A stretch of 64,000 bases of DNA from Podospora anserina (taxonomy: Eukaryota), in the NCBI GenBank assembly GCA_017654855.1, contig CM030338.1:1116001-1180000 (forward strand), read 5' to 3'. Within the stretch, counting starts at the first letter, position 1, and each line of letters starts with the position of its first letter. The notes beneath the pieces were generated by a model that saw only the letters and a program-made list of their open reading frames with translations, ran no database searches and was not told where the DNA came from. Below, one piece after another: positions 45,149-58,528 of the stretch. The position numbers were made by a program, and so were the translations under genes.

Positions 45149-46333
45149 ATGGGCTTGGTGGACTACTCAGACTCGGATTCCGATGCCGAACTTCCACAAC
45201 CACAGGCACAGAAACCAGCGTCTGTCCCGGCAGCCAGCGCCGCAAACAATAAGAAGCCATTTCAGAAGCTTGTCGGAGGCTCAGGCAAGATCGTTGTCAA
45301 CTTACCGACCACGAGCGCGGCAGGCAAGACTGCCGACAATGACGGGCCACACGCGAAACGCGCCAAAACGACGACCGGCGGAAGTCGATTCGGCAATTTT
45401 GGCTCTTTCTTACCACCACCGAAGAAAACAACTGCCATCGCTGCATCATCCGATTCCTCATCCGATTCCTCTGCGAGGCAGCCAGGCTCAGCGCCGGCAC
45501 CAAGGGTGAACTTGAGGACAGGCGCGGAACCAGCTTTTGTAAGAGGAGGAGACGACGGCTATGGCGATAGCTCATCGACATCAGGAGGCGGTGGCCTCAA
45601 CCTCCCAGCTCCCAAAAAGAGCTCTGGTCCATCAATACCCGAGGGTCAGAAACCAGAATCGGAGGTCAAGCTGGTGGGGAAGCCGCTCATGTTCAAGCCG
45701 CTTTCAGTTGTGAGGAAGAAGACTGGACTGAACGCCAAAAAGAAGACGACAGCAACAGCGACAGTAGCGAAGACTGAGGTTCCAGCGCGGGTGTCGACAC
45801 CGACAGAAGCAGTGATCACAGACCCGCCAGTACCCCCGAGTCCGCAAAAGAAACATGTCTCCCTGTTCTCCGTCGACGACGACGAAGATGCTCCTCCACC
45901 TGTCCCCACGGCCACAACAACCACGGGCGCCTACGAGCCTTTATTCACAGTCCCAGAACCCTCTCCTACCTTACAACACGCACATGATGTCACAGCGCCT
46001 TACCCTGTAGAAACAACCCAACCTTCAAACCCGGTACCGGACGCGTTTGCCGGCCTTTCCAAGGCAGCCCGCCGTGAGCTTTTTGGTCGCTCGGACCAAG
46101 TACCGACCAACATGATAAACTTCAACATGGAAGCCGAATACAACTCCAACGAAGCCCTCAGACAGTCGGGTGAGCAGCAGGTTTACAATCCGATCAGATC
46201 GATTGCTCCAGGCAAGCACAGCTTGAGACAGGTGGTCAACATGGCCCAGAACAACCAGAGTGCCCTGGAGGATAGCTTTGCCAAAGGCAAGCAGAACAAA
46301 AGTGACGCTGCAGGGAGATATGGATGGAAGTGA
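45149..46333 (+). CDS. PRCC-like proline-rich protein (mitotic checkpoint/splicing-associated family)
   Basis: ATG at 45149 giving MGLVDYSDSDSD, with FLPPPK and KLVGKPLMFKPLSV. The C-terminal GKHSLRQVV..LEDSFAKGKQNKSDAAGRYGW is typical of the PRCC C-terminus. Confidence 0.85.
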   Translation: MGLVDYSDSDSDAELPQPQAQKPASVPAASAANNKKPFQKLVGGSGKIVVNLPTTSAAGKTADNDGPHAKRAKTTTGGSRFGNFGSFLPPPKKTTAIAASSDSSSDSSARQPGSAPAPRVNLRTGAEPAFVRGGDDGYGDSSSTSGGGGLNLPAPKKSSGPSIPEGQKPESEVKLVGKPLMFKPLSVVRKKTGLNAKKKTTATATVAKTEVPARVSTPTEAVITDPPVPPSPQKKHVSLFSVDDDEDAPPPVPTATTTTGAYEPLFTVPEPSPTLQHAHDVTAPYPVETTQPSNPVPDAFAGLSKAARRELFGRSDQVPTNMINFNMEAEYNSNEALRQSGEQQVYNPIRSIAPGKHSLRQVVNMAQNNQSALEDSFAKGKQNKSDAAGRYGWK

Positions 46334-47643
46334 TGCGGGGCAAGGGTGTCTCTGGCAGAGTCGATATTGTATACGGCATAGTTGTGGCCAACGAGCATTT
46401 GACAAGTCAAAGATTCGTCAAACCAACGAAACAATTACCATACCTCAATCGCTATTCTCCAATGACCATGAAGCATCTATACGATGCATGCTTTGGCGAA
46501 GTGGTCGGGTCGACATGCAGGGAAGGGGTTGCCGATGCAATGCAAGAACGTTGTTCAATTCAAGGATGATTGCATGCTCGCTGTTCTGTTTTGGGTTATT
46601 TGCAGAAACAATTCTCCTCGACATCTGTTGTGTAACTGTTCCTGACGTTATGGAAAGGCGAGATGAGCTATGATGGGATGTCAGCAAGATGGTTTGGAGG
46701 AAATGCCCGGAGTGCCTCGTTGCCGTTCTTTTTACAGAAGAGATGAGAGAGGGAATATTCTACGATTGGGTCTCGATTTCTAGAGCCAACAGTGACTGCT
46801 GCATGTGCAGATGGATGTCTGCATGCATAGGGGAGGTTGGATAAGAAGCTTGGACTGGACGCTAAAATATCTCTTGGGTCCCATCTCCCCGCATAAGGGG
46901 TGGGGTCACCGAAATAGACGCCAGCCAATCCCGGGGTTGGGCGTCTAATGCTGTCCAACGACATGCTTGGCTATTTTTGCACCCTGGGAGCGAAGAGGGT
47001 GTTAACCGCCCGACAGGGACCTTTGTTGTGGTGTTATCACATCATAATACCCTTGCTGCAGTAGGCGGATAGACGACGCTGTTAGTGCTGATGCAGGCAC
47101 TACTATGGAAGCCCTTAACTGGGCAGGATCACTTCTCACTTGTCGATTCATCACCACCATCACCATCACGCTGCATCTGACCCTCTTCTATCGTGGAAAG
47201 TTCCATCCCGTCGGGAAACCCTACAGCCGGAACCGTAAACAATGAAACACGGTATAGCTCATCTCTCATATGGTCGTCGTTTCGTTTCATGTTTCTTGTG
47301 ATGACTTTATTTTAGTTGATAATCACGGGTAGCCGCCGTGGACTGTCTTTTTTTATTTTTCTTGCCGTCTCTTCTCACCTCGCTCCTTTGGTTGCCCATC
47401 TCCTGTGTTGGAATAAGGCTGCGTTTGCTTACTTCCCATGCCGCATCTATTAATCGATCGGTATCAGATCTGAGGTGCTGTGAGAAATCCTGTTGACACT
47501 TTATTCTCCAATATATTCCTGAGGATCCTCTTCATTGAGCTGCTTCTCAGGATTCAACCTCGTCAGCCACCAACCTTTGAAGGAACAAGAGCCCGATCGA
47601 CAGACCGTCTTGCACCACACGCACATATGCAGACAAGCACACC

Positions 47644-49561
47644 ATGGCGCCTATCATGAGGAATCGGATCTCATCGCCTCTCGAGGCTGGCCCATCCATC
47701 GCCGACAGCCTACCGGTCTACGTCAACGAGGCCTTGGATTATGCGTCGAAGAGACTGGCTAAGAAGGGGGCCAACATTACACTGCTTGTTGTTCGCCGCG
47801 ACTACCAACTGCCGACATCCACCATTGTTACCTCTCCGACCTTTACGCCAGGCTCGCACGTCCTCAACACAGCAGCATTGCGGCCTACCCTGCCTCCTGT
47901 CTCGAGATTGGAAGCCCTCAAGCAGTTCGTCAAGCTCAACAACAGCACAACGAGTGACGGAAGTGTACGAGAGAGGATTGTCCATATTCATTTGGATCGG
48001 TTCAGCGATGGCACCGTATCACCTGCCTTCAGCGAGGCTTCTGCCATTTCCAGCTCCACCTACTCCTCGGTCGACTCGACCTTTACCAGCACCAGCACCA
48101 GCAGCAATCGGTTCCGATGGCCAGGTAGTCCATCTCATTATGGCGGCAGCAGCGTGCCCATGACACCTGCCACGCCTTTCACCGTAATGTCAGACAACAG
48201 TGTTGAGCATTCAAGTGTTGCACACCAGACCGGCATGAGGTTCATCCATGCTGAACCTTTGAGCCCCAAAGATGAGAGACTTTTGTCTCAGACAATTGAG
48301 AAGACATCCAAGAAGTTCAAGCTGGGGTATGTAGATCCTCAAGGTATCTTCGCCCGCAATCGCTAACCACCAGATCAGATCCGAATGGCTCTCCCGACCA
48401 GTCTCAGCCTCTTCCCTCTCCCTCCCTCCAGATCTCATCCGCCTCTCGCTCTCACAAAACCAGCCCCTCTTCACCTCATCCCACCTCAATCTCCTCTCAC
48501 TCGACTCCCTCTACACCTTCCGCACAGCCTTCCAAGCCTACGCCCGCACCCGCTCCTCCTACCGCCTGGAAGACGCCGTCGACGAGCTCCGCCGCCTCTA
48601 CCTCTCCAACGGCCGGCGTCCTCTACTCAAGAGCATCCTCCTCAACTCTTACCGATGGCTCGACCCCATCTGCGACCACTCCCTAAGCCAGGTCTGCCGC
48701 ATGTACGAGCGTGCCTACGGCGGCAACGTCATCAGAGACGACACTAAAGATGCCAGCGGCGCAGCATGGCCATTAGTAGCCGAAGACAAAGAAATTCTTT
48801 TCACGCTCAACTCCCCGACCGACTCGGAAACCGAAGATGATGATGATCTTGACGATGACGAAAAGTTTGACCTCAAGGCGATAGAAGCATGGTACCGCAC
48901 CACCTCCTTCCATCATCACCACCAACCACCACCACCACCGCCAAGAGAGCGAGAAAGGACAGTCCTCAGAATCGACCCCCTCCGCTCTCACCCTTCCAAT
49001 TCCCCGCATGATATCCTTTTGCCATCTCCCGTCCGTCCAGCTCCTGTCCCTATCCCGGAAGAAAGGAGGACAACAACACCTAAACTCTTCCCCGCCCCAC
49101 CAGGGAGAAACCCAGCGTTGTTGCAGTTGAAACTGCAAACCACCTTTGAGAAACGTCTCCCTTTGCCCCCAAGAGAGGAGGAAACTCACTCCCCCATCTC
49201 AGAAAAAGAAGAAGAAGAAGAAGAAGAAGAAGAGCACACCGCCCGTCCCCAAAGCGCGGTTAGATCGTTCCCTCCTCCTACCATTTTGACTACTGCCAAA
49301 CCGGGGAACGGCTCCGCTCCCCCATCAGCCCAGTGGTCAAAAACCAGTTTTTCCCTCAACGAAATCATGCTCTCACCCGACGGGTCAGGGTCAGGGTCAG
49401 GTGGGGTAGGTGATAACGAACCAGAAGAAAGGGAAAGAGTCGGACCTCTAACACCAAACGGCTACGACGACATCAGCCCCATCACCAGAGGAGAGTGGGG
49501 GTTTTTGTTCCCTGTCGTGGCGGAGAGGCAGAGGATGGTCAGGGTCGAGACTTGTACTTAG
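47644..49561 (+). CDS. Fungal hypothetical protein (probably conserved)
   Basis: Exon 1 47644-48326, intron 48327-48378 (GTATGT..GCTAAC..CAG), exon 2 48379-49561, in frame with ORF 48701..49561. Motifs LEDAVDELRRLYL and C-terminal GPLTPNGYDDISPITRGEWGFL. Confidence 0.8.
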
Positions 49562-50558
49562 GTGATAAACAACCGGGTTGGAGAGATGATTTAGTTTTTA
49601 TATACATATATATATTCACACCTACTTATTTACCCGCCCCGCCTGTCCGTATGACAGACAACAAAACATCATGCATTCTCCAACAGCACAAGGTGAATGA
49701 ATTTGGAGCTTATACATACCCACCCACCCGTCGTTTTCTATCTACACCACCAACCACCGCAAAACAACAGGGCAGTAAGTGGTACAGCGCAAGATATCTC
49801 TCACAAAACCTCCTCAATCTCTTAATCTATGGAAGTTAGGTATTCTGACCCCGAGTATCAGGAAAAACCCAAACCTAGAAAAAACCCCCTCTTAAACCCC
49901 AACCAACCCCTGTGGGATTCTTTGCTCTTTCCTGGTCTGGGTGGGTGGGTGTTTCTTCCCGCCGCCCCCCAAAATGCCCTTCAGTCACCACTAACCATGA
50001 AATAATAAACCCATTGTGTGAATACCTAAAACAAAACCTCGCTGGGCCTCTCAAACCAAAAGGTCTAGGAGAGAAAAGAGAATACATTGACAGAACCAAC
50101 GCCCCCACCAACCCAGAACCCAAAACCCAAAGACAGACCATAAGAAAAAGAGAACCGAGTTCATTCCCAATGCTCACCCCCTAGATGAGATGCCAGATTT
50201 AATTAACAAAACCCTCTTCCACCCTTTCTCCCCCCATCATGTGCAAGGCGTGAGCTCTTCTCCCTTAAAAAAACGCCATCGCTTTCACCAAACAAAAACA
50301 AAATTCTCGCAAGGAGCGCTGAATTCAAGTTGAGAGATCTTATTGATCATGTCCTTTCGTTTGGCCTCTTCTACGAGAAGGAAAAATGGCGTCTTTTCGC
50401 TGACGACGACTCTTCATCAAAAGAAGCCGCAAGGGAGAAAAAAAAAGTAATAATTATAATGAAAAGGTAAATCAATCCATCATAGAAAAAGGGGGGGGGC
50501 CTCAATTCGATGGTCGAGTTTCAACCCGGCGTGGGTCAGCGTGCGAATCCATCCATCT

Positions 50559-53500
50559 TCACTGCAAGTCCACATCCTGCAGTGCGGCGTTTGCCGCAAA
50601 GACGCCAAAGCTGTCGAGCTGCCCAGAGCAGATCGATGAGTTCTCCCAGTCTGCAAATAAGGCTTGGTCATCAGCCAGCCGTGTTGCTGGAGGCGATGCT
50701 GGATGAGTCACTGTAGTACATACCCGAGCCGTCTTCCTCAAGCTCCTCGACGACTGTAAGTCTCGTCACCGACTCCAAGATCACTGCGCTGGCTGTTAGC
50801 GTCTGATAAATTAAACAGGTCTCAGGCATCTCGGTGCTCACCCGTGCTAAGCTCGGTGAACTCTTGGCCCTGCTTGTCTTCAGCCGGGTTTTCGAGGTCG
50901 AAGTACTTCCTGCACTTGGTGATCACTCGCTGTAAGCTTGCGACAACATGCTGGGAGACATCGGCATTTCGGATAACATAGTTGTCGCGTAGGTAGTAGA
51001 GACACTGCAGACCAAGTGCCCTGGCAGTCTGGTTCATCCTTTCAGCCATACCCATGCCCTCATCTTCGTCCGAATCCTCCTCGGATATGATGTTCTCGGC
51101 TTGCACAGTATAGGTGCGGTGAGTGAAAAGCCTCTCTTGCAAGAACTGCTCGACTTCTGCCCCGACAGCCGGTTCATAATAGCCAAGCAAGCTGGGGGCC
51201 CATTCCACCAAGTTCTCAAGACCGATCAGATGGATATCTTCCTCGTTCTCTCCCGAACACTCTCTCGGACCATCAAATGCTATCCGCTGGAAATCCAAAA
51301 ACGCCTTGCCCTCTGCAGTCTGTAGGCTTTTACATTCCTGGGTCACATGGCGGATCAAGTCGTTGACCATCCCGAATCCGCTGGCGTAACGAAGAAAGAT
51401 CTGACCAGCCACCTTGAGATAGGGTGCGGATAGTGTGCCATGCGAAGTGCTGCCACTGATCCCCTGACGCAACGTCCTATAGATTGCTTCCTCCATCTGC
51501 AGACTCTGCTTCATCAGATTTGTGAGAATCGAGTGGGTGGCCTTTTCGTTCTGTCCAATCAGGATAAGTCGATCCACAAAGATATTGCACCCGTACTTGG
51601 GCCACTCCATCCACAGGACTTTGGCTTCCGCGTTGGTCATGGTGAGCGTCGAGCCCGAGTCAGCTTGTTGACGAGCATAACGGGTCCTATCGTGGGGCTC
51701 CGTTATCGGCACTCGTGCGAGCACGTAGTCCAGCAGAGCGAGGATGGCTTCGTAGGACGGCGTTCGAGTCTGTTGTCTCCGAGAGACTGCCCCGGCCATC
51801 CTGTAAATCTGTGGTGGCAAGTCGCCGAGGCCAGGATCGGCTGCTATAATCCACAGTAGTGACTCGAGGTGGCCGTGTCCAACGAAGCCCGCGAGTTCTT
51901 TAGGACCAAGCTGCACGAAAGCCAGCATGAAACCGAACACTTCAGGCCATGATCGAAGGTTGGTGTGGAAGTGAAGCCAGAGCTGGTTGATCAACGTCAG
52001 GATTGTCTCAATGTCCGTAGATCCGCCCTCGTCGGATGCGTCATCTTCGCCAACCTCTGTTCCTGGCCCATAATAGAACGAAGGGATTTGCTCCTTGACA
52101 GTCTGAATGGTTCGGAGCACTAGGTTGCCAACGCCTTGGCGAACATCAGGATCGACATTTCTCTGGAGCATCACCCTAAAAGTCTCCGGAGTCTCGTCAA
52201 AGTACTTGATGAGAAGGTGAGAGCAGCACCCGCAGCTCTGAACCAGGTTTTGAATGCGGGCAGCAAGTTCAGAGAAGTGAGGAGTGTCCTTGACGCGGGA
52301 CGCAACCTGATCCAAGTGCCCAATCGCCATCCACAGAGCCGTGGTCTCCAGGCTATGGCCATCGCTACACAGCGGCTGGATCGTCCTGAGGCGTATCAGA
52401 GCCGAGATCACAAACTGGATTTGGTATGGGTCAAACAAGCAATGCCTCCGGAGCAATAACGTGTTTTGCTCATGGATGGACCCCTCCAAGCGGTCTGGCA
52501 CCGGCACGCGAAGTGGCACCGAAAGCTTGGCTTGCTGAAGGTACTTTTGCTGACTTGCTGCCAGAGATGATGCTCGCTCGTAGAACAGCATGTAAGCGCT
52601 GTATTGCTTGTCGTACTGAACGCCGTTGGACTGATACTGTACCGAGTAATCCGGACCCCCGAAACAGGCATGTTCCAAGTTCGCTGGGTTCCAGGCCGTC
52701 ACTACATCGTCGTTGAATTCGATCCAAGTCGGCTGCTCGCTGCTGCTTGGGCGCTCGCGAGTATACGAGTAGTAGTGGCCCGATTCTGCTGTTCCAGAAT
52801 GAACCAAGACACCCACGAGCTCGAAGACGTCCTCGAATCCCTCACCCTCGGCCGAGGGGTTGCTGAGGTGATCAATCGTGTAGGGTCTCATATCGATCTT
52901 GTCCGGAAACTCAAAGTGCTGATTGATCTTGTTTCGTTGCATGGAGCGCAGGTTGAAGTCAAAGCGCTTCAAGTGGAAGATGAGGCTGTCTGGTATGTCT
53001 TTTAGGCAGGCCCTCTTTACGGCGTTGACATGACGGTCACAGGTTGAGCACTTGTACTTGTTGTCTCCTTCCATGACCTCACCCTTGACATAGGCCTCCA
53101 GGCTCTTAGCCAAAGAGTTGTTGCCTTTGACGTCGCATTGGATTGCCGAAAAGGGTTCCAGTCGTTCAGAGATGTGGGGACACTCTGTAGACCGGACTTG
53201 CTGCACAAGTTGGCCACCGTAAAACGAGCGGAACCGGGTCTTGTCCTCTGGTGTAGAGAACTGTCCTTCCCAGCGATCAAACAACAGGTTGTAGAACTCG
53301 TCCACATCCATTTGAACGCCAACATCAATCTGACTATCCTCATATGTCTTGATGCTGGCCACGCACTCCTCGGGGTTGCAGGAGCGCGCGATGCTGTCCT
53401 GCATTTGCGCAAAGACTTTCTGCGTCTGGACAAGAAGAGCCTGTGCATAGCGAGGATCCCTAACTTTAGCGCCCAGCATAAATCTTCGAAATTCGTGGTT

Positions 53501-56500
53501 CATGAACAGCTGTGTAAACAACGAATTGAAATAGCAGGTGTTTGAGAGATTTCGGAGGCCCTGGTAACCACAAGGTGCCCGTATAGCCTTTTCCCTCTCG
53601 AACTGCTGGGGTAATTCGTAGTGATATAAGTCTTCATCGCTACGGGGATGAAGAAGAACCAAATCATGCATGGCATCGAGAATCCCTTGCAGATCGCCCG
53701 GATGGGCATCAAGTGTTGCTAATATGATGCTCATCAGGTTGGCTCGGGTGTGGGGTGTAAGAATCGGCGGTCCAGACACATAGTCTCGTATCTCGTCCAT
53801 AGAATTGAAGAGGTGTTTCCAAAATAGATCCAGCCCCATCTCCGGCTCTGCTGGGAGGAGTTCCCTTCGCTGCGCGCCCGTGTAGCTGTTGATCAGGGCG
53901 TCCACCAGCCGAACAAGAAGACTGGCCACCTGATCGGTGACGTGGGGCTTGGTCACATCCTCGGTGGTGTCATATGCGGCCAACAGGTCAAACCACTGAC
54001 GCGACAGCTTTCCAACCTCGAGGAGCTCTGGCTGTGCGCTCCTCACTGCTCTGAAGAGGTCCAGACATAAGTTGAGCACCTCAATTGACCGATTCCTGAC
54101 TGCAGGTTCTACAAGCCCGCATACCAGTGGCCAGAACAGCTTCCTGAAAGCCGTAGCTCTGGTGCGGGCAGGATGACCCTCGAATGAGTCCTCCATCCCA
54201 CACTTTTGTCGGATGAGCGCGGCAGTTTTCTTGCTGACCGGCGAGCAAGGTTCATGAAGTAACATTCTCTCGATCAGAGGGGGAACTTCTGGTTTGGCGC
54301 AGAACGCAGCCATAAAGGCTTCGCTCAAACAACAAGCCTCAAGAATGCTCTGGAAGCATCTCCTCACATGAGCGGGCGGACACCCCGAGACCGCAGCGGC
54401 CAGATTTGTCAAGAGTCGTGATAGCAAGGCCTCGTCGAGGTACTGAGATGCTTCCTCTGGTAGCTCCGGTTCGGTTGAAAGAGACACAAACATGTCCAAA
54501 AGAGCCGTTTCCAACTCGGTCCGCAGCTCGTGGCTCGGGCACTGGGATGCCACATCATGTGAGATTGCGGGAACAACCAGCGACATGACCCGGGTCAGTG
54601 AGTCTGCATACATGCGAAGTGACTCGTGCGTATTCTCGCAACCTGCATCGAATTTCGCCACGTTCAGACGTTTACAACGGTCAGACAGGTACTCTCGAAG
54701 TGCGTACACGGCATAGAGCGACTTGAAGGATTGGCCCACGGGGAACAGATCTTGATAAGAAAGCGAAGGCGTGTCGATGGCCTTGAGTATGCCTTCGTCA
54801 GCAGGTAGCTTTACCAAGAAGACGTAGATCTACACGGTCGTGTTGGTTAGCAGTTATTCCACCGAGTTGGGTGACCGGCTCTTACCTCACGAGCCAACTT
54901 CTCCTCCAGAGACAAGTATCCCCAAAGCTCTTCAAAGTGCCCGAGGATTTCGACATCTACCGCAGATGCACCTGGTCGGGCTCTTGCCGACACAACTGTC
55001 TCGGAATCCTTCTTGACCAGGATGAGGCCGTTGTGAATCTGGAGATCTTCGAGAGACTTGCAGATCTGGTCTTCTGTGGGTACAAAGGGAGCTCCGCGGT
55101 AGTACATTCTGTAATTGTTGAACCCTGTTACTTGGCGGATACTAGCCAGAAGGGACGCTGTCGTGTTGAGCTTGCCAATGCTAAGTGGCTGAACGGGAGT
55201 CTGGGTGGTTTCGTCGAATGACTGGTACTTGAGCTCGGCCGACTCGCCCTCCACGTCTCGCGGCGGGTCTAGAATCAGAGATTGCAAATCCGGGGCACAG
55301 AAGGCAGGCTTTTCCTGATGAAGCCGATGAAACTCTCGCAGAACGCTCAGGGAACGCACAAAAATCAGGTCTTGCTCCTGCACCTCCTGATACGAGGGCA
55401 CGACATCCATAGCATCGGCATCATCACTAGCGATGCTGCTCTCTGCAAATGACTTGAGTCTTGAGGCAGCCCCTGACAGCTGCCGCAGACACCGCCGGAC
55501 AAGGCCCAGGTGCACCTTCCTGGCACGGTAATAAGAAAATGTTAGGATGGACTTGCTCTCGATGTAGACATCCCGAACAAGTGTGCGGATTGCATGTTTG
55601 GCGACGGTGCTGTTGGGTAACGCGGTCAGAACTATGTGCCACAAAAGTTCGATTCCCGCATGATCAACACTCTCTTCATCATCGAGCACAATGCTCCCGG
55701 GGTCATTGACCAGAGGCAACACTTTGGCACGGACGAAGTCGAGAGTGCCCTGGCAAAAGAACTCGGGCTCCAGGGTCGGAAGATAATCGGTGAAGCAGGT
55801 TGACGTGAACCGATTCTCAATTTGAGTCTGCTCCGATGCACTCAAGAGAAGCTCCCATGCGGCATCCCTGTCTTGTTGACAGGATGCTCCAGGCCCCACC
55901 AGGAGCTGCCATAGCTTGAGTCCCAGTTCCTTCGTTACGAGTCCGTTCTTGTGCCTAATGAGGGCTCCAAGAAGCTCTCTCCGCGGCAGGTTGTGGGCTC
56001 CACTGAGGACGGCGGGGAATCCTGCGGCATGAGCTGCCGGAATAGCAGCTTCAAGCTCCTCCACCAAGAGCCTCGGAAGGTCATTCTCCTGGGCCAGCAA
56101 TATGAAATTTTGTTGAATTTGATTCCGTGCCATAAGATGTAGTACCCATAAGCTTCCGATGGCTGACCAGGTTGGATGGGCAATATCATTCAAGCAGTCC
56201 ATGACGATGGCCCGCCGAATATCGATCGTGGGGCCGTGTCCGTGTGTTAAAAGCTCACGAAACTTCTTTATAGCAGCCTCCTGCAGGAGGGGATGAGCCA
56301 CTGGCGAGTGTGGGCCAAAACAGGATGATTCCTTGATTAGTCGCGTACACAGCTCGTAGGGAGGTGGGTCTGGAATCGTGCGGTGCTCGCGGGTCTTCTC
56401 CATGAGCTGCTGAAGAATACCCAGCAACAGCAGCCGCATCGGTTCTGTAAAGGAATCGGCAGGGACCGTGTTGAGCTTCTCGCAGAGATGTAGCAGCACG

Positions 56501-58528
56501 TCGTACGGTAACAGGTGCGTGTACCGAGTACACATGAGAATCAAGGCATCTGATATCCGGGTGTCTTGTGTGGTCGTGACAGTGTGCCACCAGGTGTCCG
56601 TATGCTCGTTGCTGTAAGTGCGTGATACCACGAGGAAGCCGATGATGTTATGACTTTCGGCTGCAATCTCTGGGTGGCATGTCGGCCCTAGAAGGTACTT
56701 AACCAAGCCAGTTTGAAGGAGGTACTCCCCGTAAAAACGCATCGTTGTCATGTTTGGCGTCTCTCCTTGCTCGTGATATTTCTTGTACATGCCGATCAAG
56801 TCGTTGCACATGTGATGGGCAGCCATGACGCGGAGTTGCATTTGGCCGGATTTGATAAGCCTGACAAAGATATTGAACTTCCAGAGGTGCGCTATGGCTT
56901 CAGGCAGGTGCGAGGTGGCAAGCATCGGGTGTGTTCGTCGGAAATTGGCAATGATCTCGTGAGGAACAACATCGTCGACGTGAAGAGCAATCTGGTAGAT
57001 TTCTGTGAGAGCCGCGAGGAGAGTGGCAGCATTTTCGGGCGAGAAGTGATTCGGTCCCTTGTCCACAAAGGTGGACAGAGATGTTGACATGTGAAGAAAG
57101 AAGTGGTAGCCGCGAGCAATGAGGGCTCTGGCACGCTGAGCCGCCTGCGGGCTATCGTGACTGTGCACGAAGAAACAGCGGCCCAGGACGGCCGTGGCGA
57201 GCGAGCTCAGATTGGTGACATGATCCGCAAGCTTCGGGTATTGGGGGATGAGCTCTACCTCCGCCTTGGCCAGGTTCAACACATGGGTGAGAGTGCCGCC
57301 CGGTGTTGTGTTGTAGCTCTGGAAGCAGCCAATGACCTGCTGCAGTTCGGTGTAAAACTCGTCCTCGGCGCGCTGATAATTCTCTTGTCCTCTTTTCCGT
57401 ACCAGTGCTGCAAGGGCGGATACATAGGCTGGCGTGATGGGCTCACGGAGCCGAATTCCTTGCTCGTCCGCCACGATCTTCTCGAAGTCATAAGCATCCT
57501 TCTTGACGAAGAAGGCGGTCAACTTGGCGAACCACTTGTAGAACTGAAAGATTTCGGCTCGAAATTCCTTTTGCGGCGGGTAAACACGGCCTACCATGAC
57601 GCAGACAATGTCAGGCAAGTTCAGCCACAGATCCAGATGTTGAAGGAACGATATCACAAATCTCTTGTGCGAGGAGTTCTCTGCAAAGACCAAATAGTCT
57701 TCAATGAACTCCTGGAGCTTTTGGGCTATTTGGATGTCTGGCAATGGTGTTTAGTACTTGACTTGAAGCCAACTGCTGTGGTTGGTAAGACTTACGGTTT
57801 GCAAAGTAGTTCGTGGCTTTGGTCACCGCATCCAGCCACGAATCATGGTCTTCGCGACAAGGGAAATTCAAAGTGGGATCTTGGTATGAATCGAAGCCGA
57901 TGGGGTCTTGCTCGTTTCCATCCAGAATGGCGATAGACCCACCATCCTCAAAATCATCGTCCTCATCTGGTGGTATCGCTATCACCTCAACTGGCGGACT
58001 GCTGTGTCCCGACGCCGACGACACCGGGGTATCCTGCGCAGCATCCTCCTGGGCCATGTCAAGCTCCGAATCCTCAATGCTCAGCTTGACGACATTGGTG
58101 GGCGAGGCAGGGGTGGCTGCCCTGAAGGATGGTGATAACGGGGAGTCTGGAGAAGCTCCGGGTAGACGCGAAGGAGTCCTCACGTTGATTGTGACGTGCC
58201 TAGATGTCAATGCTGAAGGAGGCTCGGCATCGAGGTCGAGGGGCTTCTGCTCGGGGGTGGTAGGTATTGTGGAAATGGTAGGGTCAGAGTCGACCTTCAT
58301 GGCCGAGTCACTCTTCAAAGCAGCTGCCGGGACCTCACCGGCAGCAGGCGAGGGCGGAGACGATATTATCGTATCTACCGACCGGCTTCGGGAAACACTG
58401 TTGAGAGAGGTACGGCGACGTTTCCGTGACGAGATATCGCTGTCGTCGAAGGGATTGGGGCGGGTCGAGCAGGGCTCAGAAGAGACGGCACGATCTCGCG
58501 AGTCTTCTGGTTGCAGAGCTCCAGCCAT
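50559..58528 (-). CDS. Large ubiquitin carboxyl-terminal hydrolase (USP/C19, USP34/USP24/USP9-like), about 2574 aa
   Basis: Exons 58528-57796, 57737-54886, 54829-50842, 50783-50724, 50650-50559, with canonical GT-AG introns all in frame. Cys box GLRNLSNTCYFNSL, QMDVDEF, and His box GVLVHSGTAESGHYYSY..WIEFND. Confidence 0.92.
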
